Positions 1-12,794 of a stretch of DNA of 64,000 nt are shown piece after piece. The stretch's first letter is position 1. Every line of letters starts with the position of its first letter. The notes under the pieces were generated by a model. The model was given only the letters and a program-made list of their open reading frames with translations, searched no databases and had not been told where the DNA came from. The DNA is from Epiperipatus broadwayi (lineage: Eukaryota > Animalia > Onychophora): contig JAQFVV010000006.1 of the NCBI GenBank assembly GCA_028023455.1, positions 15,438,001 through 15,502,000 of the forward strand. The letters run 5' to 3'. A program made the translations under genes and the position numbers.

Positions 1-660
1 TGAGGCAGCCCGGCAAGTAGGTTTAAATAACGAAGATTTATTTAAAGGTTTATATATGAGTTAATCACTATTAATATATACAAAGTATGAATGATATATA
101 CACGCTAATATTATTATATATAAATAAGGGGCCCGAAGGCAGAGTAAAATAATAAAGAGATCGGTACGACCTGTTATAGTTCCCTAGGTTTACTTTGGCA
201 CGTCCGGAGGTAAATCTCTCCGCAAGGCTAGGTGAAGCAAAGGAGCTGACTGGAGCACCCGAGGAAATGGCACATCTACCTTTCAAGCGCTTCACTTAGC
301 AAGTGTCCTCTCTCAGTTCAATATTAGATCCATTACTTGTCACGCCTTTATTTTGGAGTAGCCTCCCTTCATTGGCCATCCGCTGTCCACGTGGTGGTCA
401 TCTCTTTAGTTCTTATAGGATCCCTGATTAGATAATGTCACGCCTTTAACATTGTCTATTCTAAGCAATGGCTTTGTTTACATTATCTAATCCTTCTTGA
501 TAAATTACTTTATAGTTTAGCGCTAATATATCATTTAATTATTTACAATACACAATTAGCGATCCGTTAGTTTTACATTTATTTTTATTATTGGTTAAAC
601 GTATTTTTTCTATACATGCACGTACACACACATTTAGCAAAAATTTAAATGGCAGTAACA
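1..660 (-). mobile_element. Probable LTR (solo or 5' LTR), cut by the window edge
   Basis: Minus strand begins TGTTAC at 660 and has a GC-richer core with an internal repeat (TGTCACGCCTTTA at ~339 and ~437). AATAAA lies near its distal end. No PPT on the 661+ side and no second copy in the window. Confidence 0.4.
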
Positions 661-703
661 ACATTATCGTAAACCATATATAAATAAGTCTCACCTATCA
701 GGA

Positions 704-895
704 AATGATAAAGAATAGAATGGACTATCTATTATTTAAGCTTTTGATGGTTATAAGTTTTTCGTTGTTTGATAATCCTAGTAATAAAGAGTAAAAATTA
801 TATATTAGTCTGATAATAAATATAATGTCAACAAACAAAAATTTGTAACCATCAAAAGCTTAAAAGAATAAGTAGTCTTTCTATTTATTATCATT
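704..895. repeat. Imperfect inverted repeat (fold-back)
   Basis: Arm ~704-773 (..TAAGCTTTTGATGGTTATAAG..) is the reverse complement of arm ~825-895 (..TTTGTAACCATCAAAAGCTTA..). Confidence 0.6.
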
Positions 896-898
896 TAA

Positions 899-2078
899 AT
901 AATATTTATTTTATATAAAGCGCAGATAGTTAATTGAAATTAAATTGAAAGGCTGTAAACCCTTCACGCTTATTATAGTACTTATCTGACAGCCAATCAG
1001 ATGTTGTGATGGTTGTCTGAATAATGATCAAACCGTAAACACAAAACAGAGAATTTTACAAGAAAAGGGTAATCCTTACTTGTATTTCTATATATCTAAG
1101 CCAGTCTGAAGTATTTAGGTTTGAAAGCATGAAGCTTTAAATATCTTCACATTTAACTCACTGAATCTAAATTACAAACATTCAGCGTGAAATCCTACGA
1201 TTTACTACGCAGTAGTTTTTAGATGTTATAACTTGCAGTAACGTATGTAAATAATATTTATTTTATATAAAGTGTAGATAGTTAATTGAAAGGCTGCAAA
1301 CCTTTCGCGCTTATTATAATACTTCTCTGACAGCCAATCAGATGTGATGGCTGTCTGAATAATGATCAAACTGTAAACACAAGACAGAGAATTTTACAAG
1401 AAAAGGGTGGCCCACCCTTTTCTTTACTTGTTTTTCTATATATCTAAGCCAGTCTGAAGTATTTAGGTTTGAAAGCATGAAGCTTTAAATATCTTTACAT
1501 TTAACTCACTGAGTCTAAATTACAAACATATAGTGCGAAATCCTTCAGACTGACTTAGATATATAGAAAGACAAGGAAAGAAAAGGCTGGACTGCCCTTT
1601 TCTTGTAAAATTCTCTGTCTTGTGTTTACGGTTTAATCATTATTCAGACAGCCATCACAACATCTGATTGGCTGTCAGATAAGTATTATAATAAGCGCGA
1701 AAGGTTTGCAGCCTTTCAATTTAATTTCAATTAACTATCTGCGCTTTATATAAAATAAATATTATTTACATACATTACTGCAAGTTATAACATCTAAAAA
1801 CTACTGCATAGTAAATTGTAGGATTTCGCGCTGTATATTTGTAATTTAGACTCGGTGAGTTAAATGTGAAGATATTTAAAGCTTCACGCTTTCAAACCTA
1901 AGTACTTCAGACTGGCTTAGATATATAGAAAGGCAAGTAAGGACACTCTTTTTTTGTAAAATTCTCTGTCTTGTGTTTATGGTTTGATCATTATTCAGAC
2001 AGCCATCACATCTGATTGGCTGTCAGATAAGTATTATAATAGCGTGAAAGGTTTGCAGCCTCTCAATTTAATTTCATT
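899..2078. repeat. ~352-bp tandem repeat array with an internal inversion
   Basis: Forward units at ~899-1250 and 1251-1544. At 1545 the array switches to the reverse complement and continues ~1.5 units to ~2078. Confidence 0.85.
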
Positions 2079-2467
2079 ATCATTTCTTCATGGCTTATAG
2101 AGAAAGTATTTTTGTTTAACCCTTATTTATACATTAACATGTTTGTGTGTCTAATGATAGTTTTTATTATTGAAAGAAGAAATCAACGCAAGTTTTGAAG
2201 AAAATGATATAGAAGTCCTTAACAAAAAAATAATCCTCATGGTTTGAAGATTTAATTACTATCTCATATGTTTCTCCATTATTAGAATGATTAAGCATAA
2301 TAGGAATGAAATGGTGCAGAGTAGATATATTCATGTGGTTCCTCCCATTTAAATGCATTTAAACTTTACTTTAAGGTCATTGTTTTATTCTAATTTTGAG
2401 AAAGAAGTAAAAAAAATTTTTTTTGATAGGATAAAGTTTTAAATGTTTAGTTTATTTCGAATACTAT

Positions 2468-2600
2468 TGCCCACAGTTTAGTGTAATGATAAGAGTGGCC
2501 GATTCTGAAGTTCGATTTCACGGATCATAACTCTGTATTTCTTCTGGTGCTCGGACTTCTTACGAACTTCCAGGCACTAAACCATTTGATTAATTTTTTT
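2468..2600 (+). mobile_element. Degenerate tRNA-derived SINE
   Basis: A-box-like TAGTGTAATGATAAG and B-box-like GAAGTTCGATTTC. The tail (..CTTCTTACGAACTT..) is shared with copies at ~3395-3490 (-) and ~49440-49560 (+). Confidence 0.4.
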
Positions 2601-3086
2601 TTAAACATTGACTATCTCATTAGATAATAGATGACCAACGGAATTGGTAGTTTCACACATTATGGTAATGTCTGTTAATGATTATTCTTGCAAGTGGAAA
2701 TTAGCTAACCAAGAATTGAATCCTGTTTATAACATTATAATTCTTATTGTATGCTTCTTTCTTCCCCTTTAAGTTGTTGGTATTGGCAAAGCTTTAAAAT
2801 CAATTGATATTACTATATATGAGTGGGTTTTAGAGCTCTCTATTATCTGTTTATTAAACTAATATATAAAATGTTCTGTAATATATTTAACCTGCAAATA
2901 AATAAATAAATTAAAAATAATAATATTAATTGTATCACTTGATCACTATCTCTTATACTAGCACATAATTGTTTATAAACAAAGCAAAACTCTCTACAGT
3001 AGTGCCACCCTGTGCCAACCAGAGTAATCAATGAATGCCAGAAGGCTTGTGCATAAAATCCCTACCTAATGCCTACTCATCCAATA

Positions 3087-3126
3087 TCCCCAGACTAGTT
3101 TCTGGCTTGTGGCCATCGTCAGTGAG
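3087..3126 (-). ncRNA. Type I hammerhead ribozyme motif (left arm, stem I shortened)
   Basis: Minus strand: CTCA CTGACGA TGGC-cacaa-GCCA GAAA CTAG TC TGGGGA. Confidence 0.55.
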
Positions 3127-3184
3127 CCAACCAGAATAATCAATGAATGCCAGAAGGCTTGTGCATAAAATCCCTATTTAATGC

Positions 3185-3226
3185 TCCTCACTGACGATGG
3201 CCACAAGCCAGAAACTAGTCTGGGGA
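3185..3226 (+). ncRNA. Intact minimal type I hammerhead ribozyme motif (C3:G8)
   Basis: TCCTCA CTGACGA TGGC-cacaa-GCCA GAAA CTAG TC TGGGGA. Stem I is 6 bp, the core is canonical, stem II is 4 bp, stem III is the palindrome ACTAGT, and the triplet is GUC. Confidence 0.75.
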
Positions 3227-3394
3227 TATTGGATGAGTAGGCATTAGATAGGGATTTTATGCACAAGCCTTCTGGCATTTCATTGATTACTCTGGTTGGC
3301 ACAGGGTGGCCCTACTGTATGGAGAGTTTTGCTTTGTTTAATATTACTTGTAGTATTAAAAAAAATGCATATAGATTTATTGCTTGGGATTTCA

Positions 3395-3490
3395 TAAGAA
3401 GCTTGAGTGCCAGACCTGTGGCCACCAGAATCGATCCTGGGACCTCTTGATCCAAGTTGGATGTTCTACCTAATGTGCAAAACCGTGTAT
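3395..3490 (-). mobile_element. Degenerate tRNA-derived SINE
   Basis: Minus strand has A-box-like CATTAGGTAGAAC and B-box-like GGATCGATTC; same family as ~2468 and ~49440. Confidence 0.4.
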
Positions 3491-4127
3491 GACATTGTAT
3501 TTATATATTGATATGAGACGATGTTGTTCTGATTTATTAAAAATGACTAAAAAGTCTGACTTGTAAAGAATTCGTTATATTCATTTGAAGATTATTATTT
3601 CATAAATATTGTTATATTTTCTTACAGCTACATATTTAATAACCATTTGTTTATAGAGTTGCTAAAATTAACGGAATTTATATCAGCAATGTTAATTGAA
3701 ACTGTGAACTGGTTAAATTAAAGTTTTGCTAAAATTACCACTAATGTAATGTTTCTCTCATCTTACTGATAATTGATTTTCTACCTATGTAAGTTCTTGA
3801 GACCAGAAGAAAGTGGATTCATTTTTTATCTGGTGAATAGACTAACATGTGAAAATCTTATTTGCAAATTTATTGAAATGACTTACTAGTAAGTTTGTCT
3901 CGTGAAGGATTATTATAGTATATACGTATGAACACTTTATTTTAGGAATATTATTATATGTTAGTACTATATAGAATTGTTAAAATTAATAATAAATTTT
4001 GTAATATCCCAGGAATAATACAAAATACTTTGTACACCTTAGTTTAACCACTTATTAGCAAAATTTTTTTTATTGTATATATATCCTGCAGATTTCCCCA
4101 AAGCCACTCAAACTGAAATAGGACTGG

Positions 4128-4163
4128 CTCTGAGGAAGATTGCTGGACAGTCGAAACATCAGG
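4128..4163 (+). ncRNA. Hammerhead-like motif, weak stem I
   Basis: CTGAGGA A GATTG-ctgga-CAGTC GAAA CATC AGG. Same family as 7495-7603 and 26680-27008. Confidence 0.45.
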
Positions 4164-5170
4164 TGTGTGTGTGTATATATATAATAAACAATTTTTTGCT
4201 AAAAAGTATTTGAAGTAAGGTGTATAATATAAAATATTATAGCAGAATAAAGGAAGTGATAGGTTTAGTGACATTTGTGAACAATAAAAAACCTTAACGT
4301 GAATTTTCTCCTTTAATCCTATAATTTATATCTATATAAATAAATGTTTTACTTTTTTTTAAAATGAAAAATGTTTGTGTAATGTTGAAAAATGGGAAAT
4401 GATATATTTTCAACTTTGTTACTATTTGTCATTTAAATGTTTATATTTTTGCATTTTTTATATGTACAACAAGGAAACTTTGTAATATTTTTTTTAAATG
4501 AGGAACTTCTTTATGTTTTGTTTACTATTTTGTAATTTTATTTTGGTTTTAAATCGAAAAATGTATACTTTATCAGAATGTATTCTATGGCAACTAAAAT
4601 CTGATTGATAATTATTTATTTTATTAAATATTTCATTTGCTTCATGTGGATTAACGTAATGTCGGGACCAGTGGATTAGGAGCTAAAAATTAATAGATCA
4701 ATTCTCACCTGAGTAAAATAAAATTAAAAGAAAAATCTCAGTTTAATTACGAATGGAATCATTATGCTCAACCTGCTTTAAATGCTTCAGCATTATCTAA
4801 CTTTCCAGGCATGTGATTATTTTTTTATTTCATTAAAATTGATTTCACGATCAATAAACTTTTACTGGTACAGTGTCAGATTGTAATTTTAGTTAGAAGG
4901 TAATAGTTCCGCCTCACTTTTGCCATACTATAATATTAAATCAGCGATGTTAAATGCAAGGATACTCTCATTCCAGCCATAAGACGAAGACTTTGTGAAA
5001 ATAAGAACGACCGTATTATTTTCAAACTTAAATGCACCTACATAGATCAATTTTAATTGTCTCGGAATGAGAGCTTGAATATATATTCAATCATTCTCAT
5101 TGCATCTATTTCTTTTAATAATCATGTTAACACTAATAATATGAAGTTCATTTTAAACTTTATATGTTTA

Positions 5171-5611
5171 GTTAATATTCTGTAATTCAATACTAGGCCT
5201 ATAAACGCATAAACACAAAGCTAATATTTTATTAAATCGTAGCCTGAACGCTTTCGAGAGTCACGGTTCTCATAATCATAGCTCTTTGCGAAGCAACTGA
5301 TTGTCTAATGTTATGCAAATCTATGCAAAGAGGGAAACGATTTGAGAAGAAAGATAAAAGAGGCCTGCTTTATCGCAATAGACAGCAACGCCATTAACAG
5401 AAAGGAAACATGTTATTCTATATCCAGGAAATGGAGTATTTGAACTTTGCATAGATTTGCATAATATTAGACAATCAGTTACTTCACAAAGAGCTGTGAT
5501 TATGAGAGCCGTGACTTTCGAAAGCACTCAGCCTATGGCTTAATAAAATATTAAATAGTAGCTTTATGTTTATGTGTTTATAGCACTAGTATTGAATTAC
5601 AGAATATTAAC
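5171..5611 (+). mobile_element. 5'-truncated Penelope-like element with inverted pLTR
   Basis: Arms 5171-5330 and 5446-5611 are inverted. The spacer 5330-5443 encodes EGNDLRRKIKEACFIAIDSNAINRKETCYSISRKW, resembling a PLE GIY-YIG C-terminus. Each arm has an A/G-TGATTA hammerhead-like motif. Confidence 0.7.
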
Positions 5612-6069
5612 ATTTATAAAATATTAAAATTCACTTTGTGCTAATTTTAGTGGTGGGAATTATGTAATGACCAATAAATTTAACTAGCACAATGTCAGAT
5701 TGTAATTTGATTTAGAAAGGAAAGAGAATATCCTTGCATTTAACATTACTGATCCAATATTATAGTATAGCACGTGCGAAGGGACTATTACCTTCTAAAT
5801 AAAATTGAAATTCATTTCAGTACTTTAAATCATGTACCTTATGTTTATTGATTGTTAGTGAAGATTTGATAATGAAAAAGTACACTAAAGCATAAATGAT
5901 TTTACATAAATGTATATTGTGCTGTATACTTATTTGATATTTTATTATCTAGATATAGTAATATATGTTTATAATTATTTATGTTCTAATTAATTGCTTC
6001 AAGCATTTAAAAAGTCTTCATAGTAAATGTAGAACGATTATGTTTGTTATAGTTGTCTGTGTATATATA

Positions 6070-6285
6070 TAAATTATTATGTTTTGGACTAATCCGTGTG
6101 TTATTTTCCATTACATACTGATATTTTGACGAACTAACATCCGCCATTATTACTGTTTGAGATCTAACGATTTTTCTTTCAAAAGTTAACATTGACAATG
6201 GCGTATGCTAGTTCATCAAAATATTGGTATGTAATGGAAAATAACACATGGATTAACCCAAAACATAACAATTTATGTATATCAT
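6070..6285. repeat. Imperfect inverted repeat
   Basis: ~6070-6150 (..GTGTTATTTTCCATTACATAC..) versus ~6195-6285 (..GTATGTAATGGAAAATAACAC..). Confidence 0.6.
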
Positions 6286-7494
6286 ACAACCGTGAAAACA
6301 TTAAATATAATAATATATGTATATAGGTAAGAGTAGTAAAGTATCCTTTTAATAGCTCACCCAAAAGAAAAAAATTGATAGAGAAGGCTTGAGAATGAAG
6401 TGATGAAAGTTCTTCTTTTACACTAAAGTAAGAATATCTAGATACTATTTATCAAGCAATAATTTGATAATAAGGTGGGTTGTTGTGTGGCAATTGTCTG
6501 AAAGAAAAATATTAAGATTGCTTGTAGTCTGAAGAGAAATTTAAGTTTTTATAATCTAGATTTGAACCTCGTATCTTGTTATAGCAAATAATGGGACTAA
6601 TTATTATAAGGTTCTTCTGTATATATACATAGTGTATCCCATGAAAAGATGATTGATGGTTTCTAAACTGCATGCAGGATAATCTCTGAATGAAGTTATG
6701 TGTTACGTAGCGATATAGATTAGCTTTTCACCACAAAAATTTAAAGGGCCAAGAACAAAACAATGCATTTAATGTTAAATTTTGTTTTAAATTTGGCAAA
6801 ATTGTTACTGAAGGGTTTGAAATAATTCACACTGTGTATGATAGAGAAGCTATGAATTACAAGAACTGATCAGTTTGTGAAATTTTTAGAGACAGCGTTG
6901 AAGATGATCACATGGATACAAAATACACTATCGCTTTACAAGTCGAAACCCTTAATCCAGACATATATGTGTGCTAAAACCATTTTGAGGAATAGGTAAA
7001 TTATTTCACTAAGAAATACATTCATTGATTTTTGACATCATGTTGCAAACAGATTGGAGAGAAAACCACTTGTCTTTTCACTTGGACTCATTGTGTATAA
7101 AAACAAAAATGGAATCCATTTGGCAGATTTAATCTTCATTTAAAGAAATTCGTTTTATGTACTTAGAAACAGCAGATAATTTATGTTGTATTAAGTGATT
7201 GAAACCTAACGTCATGGAAATTCTTTGATTAACCATTAAAAAAAACATTTCAGTAGTGATTTGGATGTCATTGTTGATAATTGTAAAGATTGTTATCAAA
7301 GTATTGCCTAGTATTCATTTTGCCATTTGTTGAACTGAAAAAAAAAAATATTAGATATAATTTAAACTATAATTAATATTTACAAATATCACTAAATTGA
7401 TCACTTCCTTTATTTTGTTGTAATATTTTATATAAATACAATTTGTAAAGCTTCAAAAACTTTATTCCAAAAAAATTTTAATTATATATTCACA

Positions 7495-7603
7495 CAATCT
7501 GATGTTTCAACTGTCCTGAAGTCTTCCTCGGAGCTACTATTGATTACTTTAGTTTCTTAAAAATTCTTCTGAAGAAGACTGCAGAACAGTCAAAATGTTT
7601 GGT
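7495..7603. repeat. Small fold-back of two decayed hammerhead-like motifs
   Basis: + strand CTGAAGA A GACTG-cagaa-CAGTC AAAA at 7569-7595 (GAAA mutated). The minus-strand partner at ~7499-7532 has CCGAGGA. Confidence 0.5.
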
Positions 7604-8580
7604 TTTTTGTATAAAGTGTAGTAAGGTGTATAAACTGTCTGTAATTAATAATGTGCAATAACACATACTTTGTTTGCAATCCATGATTTGGCATACTAAA
7701 AATTTATTTAACATTGTTAGATTATAGCTGGCAGAAGTACGCTAACATAAAATAACTATTTTTTTTTTTTTCAATGGAAGTAAATCGTGTTTAATATTTA
7801 GTTTATTGATCTTTATTTTTATAAGTTTGGTTTTGCCTACATTTTGTTTTAATATATTAGATTGTTAAATGTACTGCAAGAAATAACAATTTAAAAATAT
7901 TTTCATTGGGTTTAAACCATATTCAACTGAGCAATGCTGGATCTCATCATTGAGTCCGCTACTAATAAATCAAGCCATTTTTATTTTGCATTTTCGATCT
8001 TCCTTTCACTGCAAACTATTTTTATATTACTGGAGTCAAAAATTTGACTTTATATTCTTTTATATTTTTGACCTTAAGAAATGGTGATAGAAAATAAAGA
8101 GGTGTGGCTTATTAATTAATAGGGCAGACTAAGTGGTGAACCAAAAATCCAATAATATTCAGGTAAATGTATTTTGGAACAAGCACAGGTAAATTTATAT
8201 TGTTTTCTCTTTTGATTTTTTAATGTTTTTTTTTTTAAAAATTTTTTTTTTAAAAAAATTTTTTAAAAAAAAATTAATAAATTAAATATTTTTTGCATTT
8301 TATATTAATTAAAAAAATAATAAAAAAAAAAAAATAATTATATAAGAGAATATTTAAATGCTCTTATTTAGTTTAGAAATTCTGTTTCTTTGTTTATTTT
8401 TAGAATATTTCTATCTAATGGATTTTCTTTAAATTTTGTATGTGTGTTAGATATTAGTTGTGTTACCCAGCCATTTACCTTATCCAACTGTTGGTGGGCC
8501 AAATTTTAAACCACATTGATGTATGTTCAGTAAAGTTTTAGTGGTGAGCAACAAATAGTGGTATATTTTTTAAAAGTAGG

Positions 8581-10053
8581 GTATTAATCCTTTAGCCATG
8601 CGCACCGCTTGATGGTGTTATTTATGTGTAAAATCACATAAAAATGTCGTGTAAGTGGCCGCAAGATATATGTTACATCTAATACACCTTGTATGTTGTA
8701 TTAGATATAGCACATAAATATTACGGCCTGCTTTGTGCTTTGCGGATCACTTTATGCGAATTCTCACACATAAACTTTTTCTCCCATCTTATGTGAGGGT
8801 GTGTGTATCTCAAGGGTTTTAAAGTTTTTACTTTGAAATGTTTTTTTTTTTTTGATAAATGGAAATCACACATTTTGACTAAGATGAAATTGTCACAAAG
8901 TTCAATTCATCCTGGAGACAAATTTGGAGGTGACAAAAGTAGTCCGAATGTAGGAATGAACTGAATTCTGAGAAGGTCACACATCAAGCAATGTCTTGTC
9001 AAGACAAACAAAATGGCACATTTTAGCAAACAAATCGTCTGCTTGAAAGATTTGCCATCAACAGAATTAGAAGCTGTAGCGTTTCTGCAAGCAAAAAATG
9101 TTCTAATAAATGAGAAGACCTGCATTTGTGGATCGTCTATGGGAGTTTATAATACACATACAACAAGTCAATTCAGATGACCCAATCCACAGCAGCTTCT
9201 TTAGAAACTTGTAAAAATATTTTTTTTTTGCTTTTTTTTTTTTTTGTTGTTCCGATTTTATTTGAAATTTATTTTGTATTTTGATTAATAAAAAAAAAAC
9301 AACTACTTTTCATTGCTGTTTTTGTGTTTAGATGTATGTGTGTGTTTGTGTTATGAAAAGCATTATTTTTTCATAACGGCTAAAGGATTCATACCAAATA
9401 ATGATTTAAAAAGGTAAAATAACCTTAAGACAAGAAACAGTTTATTTTGTGTTTTGATTAATAAAAAAGCAAAATAGTTTTTAAAAAGCAAAACAGTTTA
9501 TTGCTCTTTTTCTGTTTATATGTGTGTGCATGTCTTGATTATATATATAAAAAAAAGGTTGACAATGTTTATAAAAATAAAAAAAAGTTGATCAAAAACT
9601 AACCGTAACAATATCAAAAAAAAAAAAAAGACAAAAAAAAATTAAATTACCTAATCAAATTAAAGCCGGCCCTATAAGGTTACATTTTATGTGTGTGTGT
9701 GTATTTAAAAAAAAAAGTTTGACAATGTTTATAACAAAAAAAAAAAAGTTGACCAAAAAATAATTGTAAAATATAGTAAAATTAAAGCCAGATGATCATA
9801 AACTAACCATAACATCAAAAAAAAACAAACAATTAAATTACCTAATCAAATTAAACCTGACCCTATAAGTTACATATTATGTGTGTGAGTGTATTATAAA
9901 AAAAAAAGTTTGACAATGTTTCTAAAAGAAAAGTTGACCAAAAACTAACCGTAAAATTTAGTAAAATTAAAGCCGGCCGGTAATGTTACATTTTATGTGA
10001 TTTTGCAAAGAAACAGCGCCATCAAGCGGCGCGCACGGCTAAAGGAGGTATAC
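8581..10053 (+). mobile_element. Internally deleted Merlin-like DNA transposon
   Basis: Terminal inverted repeats of ~65 bp (..TCCTTTAGCC.TGCGC.CCGCTTGATGG..). The remnant peptide MAHFSKQIVCLKDLPSTELEAVAFLQAKNVLINEKTCICGSSM (~9013-9140) resembles an IS1595/Merlin transposase N-terminus. Subterminal tandem repeats at ~9550-9990. No TSD found. Confidence 0.6.
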
Positions 10054-10251
10054 TCTTTCATTGAATTTTATCACTAATTCACTAAAGAGCATTTACAGTT
10101 AATTAAAACAGAAAAAAAAAGAAAAGGGTGAAATATTTCTCTTGATTGTTGTATTCAAAAACACAAACAACATGCAAAATTCACTTCAAATACTGGAAAT
10201 ATGGTTATATTGTTTTGATCGTCAGTTTTTAAATTTGAATATAATAAATCC

Positions 10252-12188
10252 TATAACGGGACGATCCTTTTCAGGACTCGAGGAAGTCGCATCTAACTAT
10301 AGTCAGACTTTGAGTCTTCTTATAGAATGCCATGGATGATATGATTTAAAATATAATCCAATCCACTCCTCTATTAATAACCTCGTTACTCTCGGAATTT
10401 GAGCTCAGAGTAGAAATTGCAATCGACTCTCTTCAGGCATTTCCACAAATATCCCATAGTAATGATAAATTTAGTATAAGCTATATATAACTTTTTTATA
10501 AATATTAAATCACTAAGTTGATTCAATATATATATACGTGAGTATGTATATTTATAATTATTGGCTTTATAAAACGACTAAATAAAATAAACAAACGAGA
10601 CCTGTTTAATTTTAAAATCAAGTTTAACACATTTTAATCCGTAATAGAAATAAAAATATTACCTCATAAATAATAAAAATATTAAAATTTAGAATCATAA
10701 TCTGTACTCATATTTAAATACAATAATAAACTATTTAACATTCAGAAAAAACATAATATAATCATTTACATATATATAATTTAAAATCATGTGTATAATA
10801 AATAATACCACTATACGTTATAAATCTACGTATTGTGTCATTAAAATGATTCAATGTGTGTTGTATGTCTATATACGATAACATCCATTCACACTAGATT
10901 AATAATAGAATGTATTCTGATATTAATTATGTATGTTTAAAAAGAAATTATGATAATTGTCAGGTAAGATTCAATTTGGAATATAATAAAACTTCCAAAT
11001 TGAAATAATTAAAAAAACTTTTACCTTAGTCAGCCGTCATTTTCATCAGAGCATATATCAAAATATCAACATCTAAATTTTATTAAATAAATAAAAATAA
11101 AATGTTCATCTTATCAGTTCTCCACTTATTCTGTTAAAATCAAATTAATACACGAAATAATTTCCACATAAATATAATTATCCACAAAGGAAATAAAGTT
11201 TAAGGGTTATTAAAATACACAATGAAGTAATCCAAGATGAGAAAGAATAACGGTTTTACATCCCTCCTTAGACGAAATAAAATGACGATGAATGTTGAAA
11301 CATAAAGTTCATTGATCATCCTTCGAAGAGGCAATCCAGATATTCATTCTTTTAAATATTTGCATAGTAAAATATTTAACATCTTCAACATAATACTCCA
11401 TTATTATGGCAACTTTTTAAATGGGAATTACGATGATTATACTTTAGGCATTAAGTAGGAATAAATTTACATGTTCAGGTTTAAAACATCAGCAGAAATT
11501 CTTGGTATAAATTGTCTAGCCAGAGAACATCTTTGTAAATTTTTGTCTTCTTAAATATATATTTTGTAAACTCATTTCGAAGACGTTGATAACTTTTATA
11601 ACCTTGTTAATTTCAATGATTATTTTTTTATAGTTCTTTATAATATTAAAAGGCAGTAAATTAATTACTTGAAGCAGGTTTTAAAATATTGAATCTTCTT
11701 TTTTTTTCTTAAATGTGTTCTAAATTCGAACACATTTAAATTTACAGACGTAGTTCTTGCCTTGATAACTAAATAGAAGATTATTGTTATAACAATATTA
11801 GTTCGTTTTTATACTGGATTAATTTCTGCAAGGATATCACATAATCATGCTCACGCTCTCTATTGTTTAACATATACAATTTGTAATGAACCTCAAACGT
11901 TTATTTCCTTTGTTTCAACTGATAAAAATGCAATGTTGACTTAAGGCTTTGTCAAATGTCAAGTTTTAGTTAATAAAAAAATACTATTAGTTAGAAACAT
12001 TTATTTATGTGTGTGTATAAAGAAATTAGAATTATTCTTTTAATACTAACTAGTTTATGTATATAGCTGATATATGAAAAGCTTAAGATAGGTGTAAGTT
12101 ATTTATATCTGTTGATTCGATATAGGCACAGTTAAATTCACAAAGAAACACAAATTGTTTTAGGTGAGGCTCATATGGTACTCTCACA
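10252..12188 (-). repeat. 3' LTR of the Gypsy element
   Basis: Direct repeat of 15339-17570, with 7 differences in the first ~200 bp compared. Begins TGTGAGAG on the minus strand. Confidence 0.9.
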
Positions 12189-12204
12189 TTACCCCCTTCC
12201 TTAA
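12189..12204 (-). promoter_or_regulatory. Polypurine tract
   Basis: Minus strand AAGGAAGGGGGTAA immediately precedes the 3' LTR. Confidence 0.85.
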
Positions 12205-12794
12205 AAAGTTTAAATTTTATATTTACCATTAAAATTTGGACACTTAATGTGTGTCAATGTATGCATTAAATATAAAGTAGTGGAGTTTTTTCTTTTCTTT
12301 CTTGCTTTTATCAACCCTTATTATTTATTCTATTTTCTAACCCTTTTCTTTTTCTCTATACTAAACATCATTCAGTTTAAACAGAAGGACAAGGAGGTTC
12401 ATATATATAGGATTCTTTCTTTTTCTTCCCCTTTTTATTTAATGGATTTATTGTTATGTGCCTCTTTTATAGATGACACATATATTTGTTTGGTAGTCTT
12501 CATCCTGCTTTTCTTTAAGACTTATGGACTCTTTTGAGAAGTATCCAAAACCCAAGAACATCCATCATTTAGCATGGATTAACTCTTAAAACGATTTTAG
12601 TTTTCAGGTAACCTAAGAATTAATTTTAATTGCTTAACATACCCTCATCAAAGAAAATTAATGTCTTTTTTGACTTATACACATATATATACCTATATAC
12701 TTTTAAAGGAAAACTTTTTCTCCCCTTACCTATTCTAAATGATCTTTTCTTTCAACATTTTACTCTATACTTAAGTAGAATGTGATAAAACATT

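Larger units (their letters stand above)
2985..3330. mobile_element. Fold-back element with hammerhead motifs (Penelope pLTR-like family A)
   Basis: Arms ~2990-3126 and ~3185-3325 are near-identical reverse complements. Related copies at 43785-44180 and 51565-51875. Confidence 0.75.

Noticed and set aside
1105-1140. Hammerhead in the 352-bp unit (CTGAAGT..GAAAGCATGAAGC)
   Set aside because: No A9, no credible stem II and no stem I register.
4092-4162. Exon-like segment (CTGCAG..CAG|GT, open frame FPKATQTEIGLALRKIAGQSKHQ)
   Set aside because: No Set1 similarity. Its 3' half is a hammerhead-like repeat also found at 7.5 and 26.9 kb.
6341-6350. Perfect U12 GT-type donor GTATCCTTTT
   Set aside because: No plausible upstream exon or downstream U12 branch site; expected by chance in AT-rich DNA.
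8200-8345. A/T-only tract
   Set aside because: Low-complexity sequence with no definable unit or function.
12247-12537. Hydrophobic ORFs at 12247, 17771, 29398, 33723, 60065 and 62886
   Set aside because: Antisense readings of A-rich LTR-internal or LINE sequence, not genes.
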